From a virus (Duplodnaviria > Heunggongvirae > Uroviricota > Caudoviricetes): DNA of 27,737 nt. Location of the stretch: the IMG/VR virus record IMGVR_UViG_3300031951_000072, positions 64,001 to 91,737 of that record. The stretch is one strand, 5' to 3'. Positions 1 to 7,409 of this stretch are shown one piece after another; within the stretch, counting starts at the first letter, position 1; every line of letters starts with the position of its first letter. The notes beneath the pieces are model-generated. The model saw nothing but the letters and a program-made list of their open reading frames with translations. It was not told the DNA's origin and did no database searches. The position numbers and the translations under genes were made by a program.

Positions 1-158
1 TTGAAATATTCAAATTTATTTTCAAATTCAGCTCTAAAGGTGAAATTTGCGGTAGGAACTCTAGGACCGATTCCGCCGGTGAAACAAACATATTTATTAG
101 ATTGTGAATAACCAAAAATTGGTAAAAAAATTAGAAATACTTTAAAAAAAATTTTCAT
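1..158 (-). CDS. Secreted/envelope protein, N-terminal part only (runs off the left edge)
   Basis: Not in the ORF track. Manual translation from ATG at 158 gives MKIFFKVFLIFLPIFGYSQSNKYVCFTGGIGPRVPTANFTFRAEFENKFEYF..., open to base 1, with a Sec-type signal peptide ending GYS|Q. Confidence 0.7.
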   Translation of the reverse strand, partial: MKIFFKVFLIFLPIFGYSQSNKYVCFTGGIGPRVPTANFTFRAEFENKFEYF

Positions 159-227
159 GCTTTTATATTGTGTTTTATGTGTAAATGACATTTTTTTTAA
201 TTTTTAACAACACAAAAAATATTATAT

Positions 228-872
228 ATGGATAAAAAATACTCTGTAGTTGTTTTTAAAAACAAAAAACTAAGAAAAATATTAAAAAGGTTTAAGACTA
301 AAGATGGTGCGAATAAATTTTATGAAAAGAAACTATCTGATAGCAATTCTATTATTTTTGATAAAAAAATAGAAAATGGAAGAGCGGTTTATTTTGAATT
401 GGCATTAATTTCAAATGAAAAAAGTGATGACATTATATATAAATCAGATGACTTAGGTCGAAATATTCCTGTCATATCTGAAAATGACAATTTTTCTATA
501 AAAAAAATTGCTGACTTTAAATTAATTGAAAAAATCCAAAAAATAAATAGCCAGGAAAAATTAACTCTAGTCCAAATTGTTAATTCATACCTCAAAGGTA
601 ATTCAATTAAATTAATTTCCAAACTAAATAATAAAATTATTATCCAGGATGATGATTCTTTTATTCTATTTAGCTGTAAATCAAATGATGATGCTGATCG
701 TTTTATTTCTACACTTGAAGATTACTTACTAAATACCAATAAAAAAAATGCAATACTAGTACGAGATACTGATATTGCACAAAAAAAATATTTGTATGAT
801 ATGTTTGAAAAACTAGGATATAGTAGAGATATGTTGTATAGAGTATCAACTACTCATTTAAAACAAAAATGA
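228..872 (+). CDS. Hypothetical protein (214 aa, basic N-terminus)
   Basis: Long ORF with Lys/Ile/Asn-rich composition like its neighbours; no recognised motif. Confidence 0.75.
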   Translation: MDKKYSVVVFKNKKLRKILKRFKTKDGANKFYEKKLSDSNSIIFDKKIENGRAVYFELALISNEKSDDIIYKSDDLGRNIPVISENDNFSIKKIADFKLIEKIQKINSQEKLTLVQIVNSYLKGNSIKLISKLNNKIIIQDDDSFILFSCKSNDDADRFISTLEDYLLNTNKKNAILVRDTDIAQKKYLYDMFEKLGYSRDMLYRVSTTHLKQK

Positions 873-1074
873 ATTCAATGTTAGATATAACAATTTTAAA
901 CATTTTATCTTCATTACCAATAACATTGGTAAGTTCATTAATAGTTGAATTAAAATCATCCTTTGACACTTCAAAAACAACTGTTTTATTACCGGTATAT
1001 AGCTGATCCAGTCCTTCTGAGATTAAAGCTAATTTACCTAAAATCCCATCAAAACTTTTTTTATCTTTGTCCAT
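850..1074 (-). CDS. Hypothetical protein (74 aa)
   Basis: ORF in a chain of overlapping minus-strand genes; its 3' end overlaps the convergent 228..872 gene by 23 bp. Confidence 0.65.
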   Translation of the reverse strand: MDKDKKSFDGILGKLALISEGLDQLYTGNKTVVFEVSKDDFNSTINELTNVIGNEDKMFKIVISNIEFIFVLNE

Positions 1075-1226
1075 AAGGTATGTTGTTTAGGTTCTTCGTC
1101 CAAAATTTGTGATTTCTTCAATCCAGCCAAAGATTTTGCAAATTCTTGCTTTTCTTTTTCAAGCTCGGCTTGGTCTTTTTGTTTTTCACTGTTCAGCCAG
1201 TTCTGTAGTTTCTGTAATCTGCTCAT
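1038..1226 (-). CDS. Hypothetical helical protein (62 aa)
   Basis: Charged heptad-like sequence; overlaps both neighbours. Confidence 0.65.
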   Translation of the reverse strand: MSRLQKLQNWLNSEKQKDQAELEKEKQEFAKSLAGLKKSQILDEEPKQHTLWTKIKKVLMGF

Positions 1227-1611
1227 TGTTTATTTTTGTAGTATCTTTCTTTATATCAAAAGTTAGATTGTATAAATCGCTTATTGGGTATTTACTGAAA
1301 AAGGTATCCAGCTCATTTTTTTTCTGCACCAATAACAATTCTTTTGCTTCATTTTCCTTATTATATTGAATAAGACCTTTAATATTGTCAAATTGTGATT
1401 CCATTGATAAATCATTTAATTCACAAAAAAAAGAAAAAGTCCTGTAGCCTTCAGAAATTTGTTTCTGTTCTGCAACTGTTTCTTTGTCAACAAATTTCTT
1501 AATGAGTTTCCATTTTTCCGGGAAAGAGACATCTATGCTCAAAAACTTATCCAATTTCCTTATAGAAATTAAATAAGGTAAAATTTGCTCTAAATTTTCA
1601 TATAATTTCAT
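1186..1611 (-). CDS. Hypothetical protein (141 aa)
   Basis: ORF with typical composition, part of the minus-strand operon. Confidence 0.75.
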   Translation of the reverse strand: MKLYENLEQILPYLISIRKLDKFLSIDVSFPEKWKLIKKFVDKETVAEQKQISEGYRTFSFFCELNDLSMESQFDNIKGLIQYNKENEAKELLLVQKKNELDTFFSKYPISDLYNLTFDIKKDTTKINNEQITETTELAEQ

Positions 1612-1613
1612 TG

Positions 1614-1793
1614 CTAGTAAATAACGTAGGTTATTATGTATGATAACATCATACCATAGAAAATTAATTCTGTGTTTGTTAACTTAACATGTTTCGCCGG
1701 TGTACTAAGTATTGAAAATATAATGATAGCAAACAATCTTATAATTGCCAATATCGAAAAAACAAGTATGTAAAACAAACAAAGATTAATCAT
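1614..1793 (-). CDS. Small two-TM membrane protein (59 aa), below the ORF-track cutoff
   Basis: Manual translation MINLCLFYILVFSILAIIRLFAIIIFSILSTPAKHVKLTNTELIFYGMMLSYIITYVIY*. ATG at 1793 overlaps the end of the Hc1-like gene, TAG is at 1614-1616, and the ORF fills the gap exactly. Confidence 0.7.
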   Translation of the reverse strand: MINLCLFYILVFSILAIIRLFAIIIFSILSTPAKHVKLTNTELIFYGMMLSYIITYVIY

Positions 1794-1968
1794 TTTTATT
1801 CTTTCTTTCTTCTAAGATTGTTTTTCTTAATGCTAACATATCTTCCTTAATTTCAAGGGCAAGCTTCCTAGCTCTGGTTCCAGCACTATCATTACCTTGA
1901 CTAAACTTACGAAGTTCCATTGATATAGTCTCAGTTTTAGCTTTTAATTCATTAATAAATTTTTCCAT
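1786..1968 (-). CDS. Histone H1-like (Hc1 family) small DNA-binding protein
   Basis: Motif GNDSAGTRARKLALEI matches the GNKAAGTRARKxxLE signature of Hc1-family proteins of Bacteroidota/Chlamydia (recalled). Confidence 0.8.
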   Translation of the reverse strand: MEKFINELKAKTETISMELRKFSQGNDSAGTRARKLALEIKEDMLALRKTILEERKNKND

Positions 1969-2005
1969 AATTAATTCTATTTAAATTTATGTTTATTGTA
2001 AAGAT

Positions 2006-2452
2006 TTATCTTATAATATTTTTGTCCAACAATTTATAAAATCTCAAACATAAGTCTAATTCATATTTGGTATGAGGCTTGTAGTGATCAAAAATGCCTG
2101 AGAAATACCGAATTATTTCATTTTTTAACTTGGCTTCATCATGAGAATAATAAATCTCTAAGAAAAGAGTTTTAAAATATTCATAATGCTCACCTTCTTC
2201 TCTGAAATAGATGTTTTCTTTCTTAAAATTTTGAATGGTATTGTTCCAGCACCATTTAAAATGGTTAATGTTATCGTTTAATGATGTCGTGATCCTTGTC
2301 TCAACAGGAACAGAGGTTCCTCCAAGATATGTTTTTTTTATTAGATTAGTAAGAGAGATTAAAAAATCTAAAAAAAGTTCACTTTTTTCTGGTATTAAGT
2401 TATTAACGCTTAACCAGGTTTCGATATCTTCTTTAGTTATGTTTTTCGCCAT
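2006..2452 (-). CDS. Hypothetical protein (148 aa)
   Basis: Clean ORF, no recognised motif. Confidence 0.75.
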   Translation of the reverse strand: MAKNITKEDIETWLSVNNLIPEKSELFLDFLISLTNLIKKTYLGGTSVPVETRITTSLNDNINHFKWCWNNTIQNFKKENIYFREEGEHYEYFKTLFLEIYYSHDEAKLKNEIIRYFSGIFDHYKPHTKYELDLCLRFYKLLDKNIIR

Positions 2453-2454
2453 TT

Positions 2455-2487
2455 AAAAAAAAATTCCATAGATAAGTCTATGGAATT
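2455..2487 (-). terminator. Intrinsic terminator-like hairpin
   Basis: Perfect 11-bp stem AATTCCATAGA (2462-2472) / TCTATGGAATT (2477-2487) with a 4-nt loop, followed on the minus strand by a U-tract (A-run starting at 2455). Confidence 0.65.
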
Positions 2488-2518
2488 AATATAATAAAAA
2501 AAATAATTAAATTAAATA

Positions 2519-3556
2519 CTATTGTGTTGGTTTTGTGTAATTTGTTAAAACATTAATTCTATTGAACTCTTCATGTAATATTGTCTTTTCAGACTCATTT
2601 TTAGATTCTAACTTAGCTAATATATCCTGAGATGTCTTTTTAGTTTTAGCTTTACCTAAAGCACCCTTAGGCCCTAATTTACTACCAGCATAATCTATAG
2701 GTGTAGGATATCTTTTATATGACGCATTTTTTTGTTCCTGGCCGTAATAGTTGTTTTTATAATTTTTCATCATTCTCTCACCCAATTCACTTTCAACCGC
2801 ATTTGCATATTTTTGAGAATTACCTGATTTAGCATCACCTTTTAAATATCTCGCTATTCTCTCATCATCAAAATGTATTTCATCTGGTATTAAATTTGTC
2901 ATACCAGGATGTGAAAATGCGTCAACATATTCATCAACAGCATCTGAAGGGATATAGGCTTTCTTATCCATTTTAGCTAATTCACCATTACCCTTTGGAA
3001 ATCCTTTAGGGTTTGGATCAAATTTACCTTTAGATCCATCTTTAAGGTACTCATTCATTTTTTTAGCAACATCCTTAATAGCCTGGTTGTTTTCCTGCTT
3101 AGATTTTTTTAAAACTTTCTCTGTCTCAGCTAAACCTTTTGCTTTTTTTTGCTCAGAAACAATATTATATATCAAAAATCTAAGTTCAGATTCTGTCATT
3201 TTCATCGTCTTTTTCTTTGATTTTTTACCTCTATTTCTAAGCATTTCAAAATCTTCTCGATCTAATTTGTTATTACGATTTAAATCTATCTTATGCTGAC
3301 GGCCTTTTAATTCGTCATTTATATTATGTTTTTTATTTTTTGACTTTTTATTCCTTAACCTTTTAAAATCATCCCTATCCAATTTACCATTTTTATTCAT
3401 GTCTAGCTCCCGCTGACGGCCATGAAGCTCATCATTAATTATACTATCGTCAGTTTGCTCATTATTTAATCTTTCCTTTAAACGGGAAACTAGAGAGTTT
3501 GCTTTATCTTCCAAAGCCTCATTTATAATTTGTTGTGCTATTCTATCGTATCTCAT
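2519..3556 (-). CDS. Putative internal head/core protein with two EF-hand-like loops
   Basis: Duplicated segment containing DMNKNGKLDRDD and DLNRNNKLDRED; highly charged; many I/L-x-E motifs. ATG at 3556 is preferred over the TTG at 3559. Confidence 0.7.
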   Translation of the reverse strand: MRYDRIAQQIINEALEDKANSLVSRLKERLNNEQTDDSIINDELHGRQRELDMNKNGKLDRDDFKRLRNKKSKNKKHNINDELKGRQHKIDLNRNNKLDREDFEMLRNRGKKSKKKTMKMTESELRFLIYNIVSEQKKAKGLAETEKVLKKSKQENNQAIKDVAKKMNEYLKDGSKGKFDPNPKGFPKGNGELAKMDKKAYIPSDAVDEYVDAFSHPGMTNLIPDEIHFDDERIARYLKGDAKSGNSQKYANAVESELGERMMKNYKNNYYGQEQKNASYKRYPTPIDYAGSKLGPKGALGKAKTKKTSQDILAKLESKNESEKTILHEEFNRINVLTNYTKPTQ

Positions 3557-3573
3557 CAATTAATTATTTATAT

Positions 3574-3580
3574 ATAAATA
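3574..3580 (-). promoter_or_regulatory. TATTTAT motif, putative late promoter element (within perfect 16-bp palindrome 3565-3580)
   Basis: Intergenic TATTTAT just upstream of ATG 3556; the same motif precedes three other operon-leading genes. Confidence 0.45.
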
Positions 3581-3582
3581 GT

Positions 3583-4143
3583 TTATAGATATATTTTATT
3601 CAAATTTTTCTCTACTAATTTATACAGTTGAAAAAAATTAATCTGATTTTCTTCTGAAATTCGATTCAAAATATTAACTAATTGTTTTCTTTCTGTTAGT
3701 TTTAATGCGTTAATATCTCCTTGATTACAGTATGGATATTTTTTACATTTCTTTTTAACCGTAACAAATTTACCCCCAGGATATAAAGGTTTCTTAGCCC
3801 CCCTCCAATCTTTTTTACTGGTAGATTTAGCCCACATTGCCGGTGTTTCATATGAACCAGAGGATGACGCCCCTACAGCTTCTTTCGCTTCAGTTTTTTT
3901 CGATTCAAAATTTATAGGCGCAGAATATTGGCCAGAACCCCCACTAGCGGTAGCTTCTTTACTTTCTAACTTTTTCTTAGCACAGGCTTTTTTATTCTTA
4001 GGATCTTTACAGTCTAATTTTCTTTCAGATAGATTAGATGTTATTGAGTTATACATTCCGGCTCCCTCAGGCGTGGATAACGCCCCAGAATTAGATATTT
4101 TCTCCCTTAACGTATCACTAAATGTTTGTAGTAAATTTGACAT
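3583..4143 (-). CDS. Hypothetical protein, probable head-associated, with repeated E-A-x-x-x-S-x-G-x-Y-x-x-P motif
   Basis: EATASGGSGQYSAP and EAVGASSSGSYETP. The likely start is ATG 4143, which overlaps the upstream TAA (TAATG), rather than the TTG at 4170. Confidence 0.7.
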   Translation of the reverse strand: MSNLLQTFSDTLREKISNSGALSTPEGAGMYNSITSNLSERKLDCKDPKNKKACAKKKLESKEATASGGSGQYSAPINFESKKTEAKEAVGASSSGSYETPAMWAKSTSKKDWRGAKKPLYPGGKFVTVKKKCKKYPYCNQGDINALKLTERKQLVNILNRISEENQINFFQLYKLVEKNLNKIYL

Positions 4144-4388
4144 TACGCATTTTTTAATCTTGGCTCCCATTGACCTCTATTAGCCCACATTTGGTAGTAG
4201 AACTCACGAAAAACTTTTATTATGATGTCTTTGACATCCCCCTCCAGTTTCCCATCACGAATTTCTTTTGAGATGGTATCCAAAAGCCTATCCTCATATT
4301 GCTTAATAGTATTCTGCCCTAAGAAATCTTTAACTTCTTTGCGGACGATCACTTCAATATCTTTTATGTCACTATTTGTTAATGCCAT
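4143..4388 (-). CDS. Hypothetical protein (81 aa)
   Basis: Compact ORF tightly packed between neighbours. Confidence 0.75.
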   Translation of the reverse strand: MALTNSDIKDIEVIVRKEVKDFLGQNTIKQYEDRLLDTISKEIRDGKLEGDVKDIIIKVFREFYYQMWANRGQWEPRLKNA

Positions 4389-4389
4389 A

Positions 4390-4794
4390 TTATTTTATAA
4401 TTAAAATCACAAATGTACTAACCACGTTAAAAAAAGCTGAAAGCCGGTACCAAAACATATTCTTTTTTTGTTGCTCTAGCTGATTAAATGCGATTTCATT
4501 TATTTCTTTATACTGAGCCATTTGTGCCTTATTATTTGTTATAACTTTTAAATAGTTTGTATTAATACTATCCATCATGAATATAACACTATCTTTCAAA
4601 CCGATAATTTCTTGCTGAACTAAAATCTTATCTTCATATTTACCTAATATTTTCTCGGTAGAATCTTTCTCGATCAGTTCTTTAATTATTAATTTTGCTG
4701 TCTGCTCATTTATTTTTATCGTATTCGTATCTGGTTGAGAAAAACATATAAATGTCTGAATTATTAAAACTATCGATAGAATTAATTTTTTCAC
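4390..4794 (-). CDS. Exported coiled-coil protein with C-terminal TM (spanin-like candidate)
   Basis: GTG start, signal peptide MKKLILSIVLIIQTFICFS|Q, helical middle, hydrophobic C-terminus FWYRLSAFFNVVSTFVILII. Confidence 0.6.
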   Translation of the reverse strand: MKKLILSIVLIIQTFICFSQPDTNTIKINEQTAKLIIKELIEKDSTEKILGKYEDKILVQQEIIGLKDSVIFMMDSINTNYLKVITNNKAQMAQYKEINEIAFNQLEQQKKNMFWYRLSAFFNVVSTFVILIIK

Positions 4795-5092
4795 TTGTGT
4801 TTGTTTTTATTGTTGATATATCTTTGTTTATTATGTCGATTTTAGAATATGTACTAACAATTTTGTTATTTATCTCTGTAATTTCAGAATTATAAGTTTC
4901 AATCTTAGTTAGTAAGTGCTTGTTCTCAGAATGAATTGAATCCAATTCTGTCTTGATTCTTTTTATTTCATCAGCACTGTCAACACTATCGTTATTCATT
5001 TTGCGTAGCAGATACACAGTATATAAAAGGCTCAAAATAACAACAGTATATATTATTATATTTAGCAGATTGCTAGCAGATTTTAATTTCAT
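4706..5092 (-). CDS. N-terminal TM plus coiled-coil protein (i-spanin-like candidate)
   Basis: TM LLNIIIYTVVILSLLYTVYLL followed by a heptad-rich region; ATGA-coupled to the upstream gene. Confidence 0.6.
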   Translation of the reverse strand: MKLKSASNLLNIIIYTVVILSLLYTVYLLRKMNNDSVDSADEIKRIKTELDSIHSENKHLLTKIETYNSEITEINNKIVSTYSKIDIINKDISTIKTNTSEKINSIDSFNNSDIYMFFSTRYEYDKNK

Positions 5093-5703
5093 ACTCCCAT
5101 ATTTTTAGGCGATGTTCTTTTTCTAGCAGCAGTTACTTTTGACCACTTAGCTTTAAATTTTTCATAGTAAGATTGTAAGTCATTTATCATACCTAAGAAC
5201 TCTTCATCAATTTTGATCATATCTCCATTTATGTAAATTCCATTATTTTCCCCTATCGTAAAATAGAAATCTAAATCAAAATCAATAATCTTACCCCCCC
5301 ATTCTACATCATTCTGATAAATATGTAAGGCATCAAAATTAACTAATGATGAAACGTCTTCTATAAATTCATCCATTGTCTCCTGGAACGCAATTTTCTC
5401 GTCTGTTGTAAGTTCCAACTGCGAACGATCAGTTCCATGCATAGTTAATATACCACCAGAAATTCTGTAGGATTGCTGTTTGTCTCCTTTTTTATCTTCA
5501 GTATCTTCATCACCTTTTTCCTTTTTAAAGCTTTTTTTTATGCTTTTTAAAGGATTAATTCTTTGTCTTAAATCTGAAGAGTCTTGCTCTGTCAATAAGT
5601 AATTACTAAGAATTTCATTACTTTCGCTTACTCTGTCTTTACCTAATAATCTTTTTGATGCAGATAAAAGACCGCGTATTTCTTCATACCTTGAGTCGCT
5701 CAT
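5089..5703 (-). CDS. Hypothetical protein (204 aa)
   Basis: ORF coupled by ATGA overlaps at both ends; no recognised family. Confidence 0.75.
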   Translation of the reverse strand: MSDSRYEEIRGLLSASKRLLGKDRVSESNEILSNYLLTEQDSSDLRQRINPLKSIKKSFKKEKGDEDTEDKKGDKQQSYRISGGILTMHGTDRSQLELTTDEKIAFQETMDEFIEDVSSLVNFDALHIYQNDVEWGGKIIDFDLDFYFTIGENNGIYINGDMIKIDEEFLGMINDLQSYYEKFKAKWSKVTAARKRTSPKNMGV

Positions 5704-6293
5704 TTTTCTAATTGGTTTTTTAAAAATTTAAAATCAAAAGCAGGGCTTAAACTTGTAACTTCCATACTAAAATTACTATACGTTATAACCCCCTCATATT
5801 TTTCGGCATAATCTATTTTTGTATTATGGCCTATAAATTTTTGGTTTATGTTTAAACTATTTGTTACTTCTCTTATGACATCTATGCAAGAATTAATTTG
5901 ATCTTGTGTGTATGGCTGCCAATAAAAGTAGTCACGCCATTTTTTCTCATAAATGTCTCCATTATAAATATCTCCAATCCAATTAACAAATCCTGTTTCT
6001 ATGGGAATTTTTTCAAGCCACCCTAAATTTTCTAGAGTTATTATAACAGAGTTTTTATTCATATCCGTTTTTTTAAAAAAATTGGTATATGCATTATCGG
6101 GTAATAACTTGTATACATCACCATTCCTTGATATAACAAAATTCGGTACCTTATCGTAATCGCCATTATTACGATAAAGTACCGAATTGAGATAATCCGT
6201 AATATTCCTGGAGGTGTGTGTTAATATGATCTGTTTCTTAGTTTTACTCTTTTGGTAATTGTTAGAAACGTAGTTTTCAACGATATTAGCCAT
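5700..6293 (-). CDS. N-acetylmuramoyl-L-alanine amidase family (Amidase_2/PGRP fold) protein
   Basis: IILTHT, NFVISRNGDVYKLLP, SVIITLEN, YTQDQINS, IGHN and SPAFDF follow the AmpD/T7-lysozyme motif order. Confidence 0.75.
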   Translation of the reverse strand: MANIVENYVSNNYQKSKTKKQIILTHTSRNITDYLNSVLYRNNGDYDKVPNFVISRNGDVYKLLPDNAYTNFFKKTDMNKNSVIITLENLGWLEKIPIETGFVNWIGDIYNGDIYEKKWRDYFYWQPYTQDQINSCIDVIREVTNSLNINQKFIGHNTKIDYAEKYEGVITYSNFSMEVTSLSPAFDFKFLKNQLEK

Positions 6294-7068
6294 TCCTCCT
6301 AGTATAACTTAAACGCTTTATTTTTGGTATAAGAGGATCCTCTTTAGGGACCTCTAATTCCTGTTGTGTAACTTCAGGTGTTGTTTCGGATGTATATGGT
6401 ATATCATCAACTACGGATACCTGTTCAGTTTCTGTTGGAGTCGGCTCTGGTGTTGGCTCTGGCGTTGGTTCTGGTTTAATTTCGGGTTCTGTTGGGTTTG
6501 GGACTCGTTTCAACTCAGATAATTTTTTTTCTAGCTCTTTAATTTTATCAATTAACCCAGATACATCATCGTTTTGTTTTTCTTCAACAACTTCTGCTGG
6601 CTCCATTTTACTAGATCTAAATTTAACCAACATATGTAGGAATGACAACGATATCAAAGGTAGCATTCCACCTGAGAACATAGAAAGTATTCTTTTATGA
6701 CCAACAATATCTGTTTTTTCAATATTAAATAACTCCGCAATAGGGGTTATTAGGTCAATCCAGTCTTTAAATTCTTTACTCTCTATATTAATGTATGTGT
6801 ATGAGTAGAAGATATTTCCTACGAATTGGATTATTGTTACAATAGCAAACGGAAAATATACCTTACTACCCATCTCAGCAGAAATTGCTGCCAAAGCAGC
6901 TAAGGCAGCAATTTCTACAGCAACAGATAAATAGATTGACCAACTAGCCGGATTGGTTACACCATACCAATTTGTGACATGTGATATTGAAACCAAAGCT
7001 ACCAGGATTATTGGTACTATGAACGAAAAATATATTATTGATTTAAAATTTCTTTTAATCCAACTCAT
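6286..7068 (-). CDS. Multi-pass membrane protein with coiled coil and Pro/Glu/Thr-rich tail
   Basis: About four hydrophobic segments in the N-terminal 150 aa, then PEPTPEPTPEPTPTE repeats. Confidence 0.75.
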   Translation of the reverse strand: MSWIKRNFKSIIYFSFIVPIILVALVSISHVTNWYGVTNPASWSIYLSVAVEIAALAALAAISAEMGSKVYFPFAIVTIIQFVGNIFYSYTYINIESKEFKDWIDLITPIAELFNIEKTDIVGHKRILSMFSGGMLPLISLSFLHMLVKFRSSKMEPAEVVEEKQNDDVSGLIDKIKELEKKLSELKRVPNPTEPEIKPEPTPEPTPEPTPTETEQVSVVDDIPYTSETTPEVTQQELEVPKEDPLIPKIKRLSYTRRNG

Positions 7069-7070
7069 AA

Positions 7071-7346
7071 TTACTTTAGTTTTTTTAACTCTTCGTCAAT
7101 CGCGTTTTGACGAGAAACATCTAGAAGTGTTCTATCTGTTGCTTGGATCATTCTTTTTTCAGATTCAAGGCCCATTATGGTCAATTTTTTATCCAGTTCA
7201 ACTTTAGTGTAAGTTGAGTCTTTTATCCTGCCAATATCTTTATTTATTTTAGATATTTGACCTTTCGTCGAACAAACACTAAGCAGTGTCATAATCATAA
7301 ACGCAAGCACAATCTCTGTAAAATAGTTTTTAATGAATTGCCTCAT
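7071..7346 (-). CDS. Single-TM (possibly lipo-) protein
   Basis: Hydrophobic IVLAFMIMTLLSVC followed by a charged helical domain; lipobox is weak. Confidence 0.65.
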   Translation of the reverse strand: MRQFIKNYFTEIVLAFMIMTLLSVCSTKGQISKINKDIGRIKDSTYTKVELDKKLTIMGLESEKRMIQATDRTLLDVSRQNAIDEELKKLK

Positions 7347-7387
7347 TTTTTTTAAAGTTTTAGTTTAGAAAATTATTAGACTATCAC

Positions 7388-7394
7388 ATAAATA
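7388..7394 (-). promoter_or_regulatory. TATTTAT motif, putative late promoter element (inside 8-bp hairpin 7377-7399)
   Basis: Intergenic, upstream of the operon starting at 7346; stem TAGACTAT/ATAGTCTA. Confidence 0.4.
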
Positions 7395-7409
7395 GTCTAT
7401 TTTTTATTT

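Noticed and set aside
6294-6300. AGGAGG upstream of the amidase-like ATG as a Shine-Dalgarno site
   Set aside because: Only about 1 nt from the ATG, explained by Arg-Arg codons of the upstream gene; other genes here lack SD motifs.
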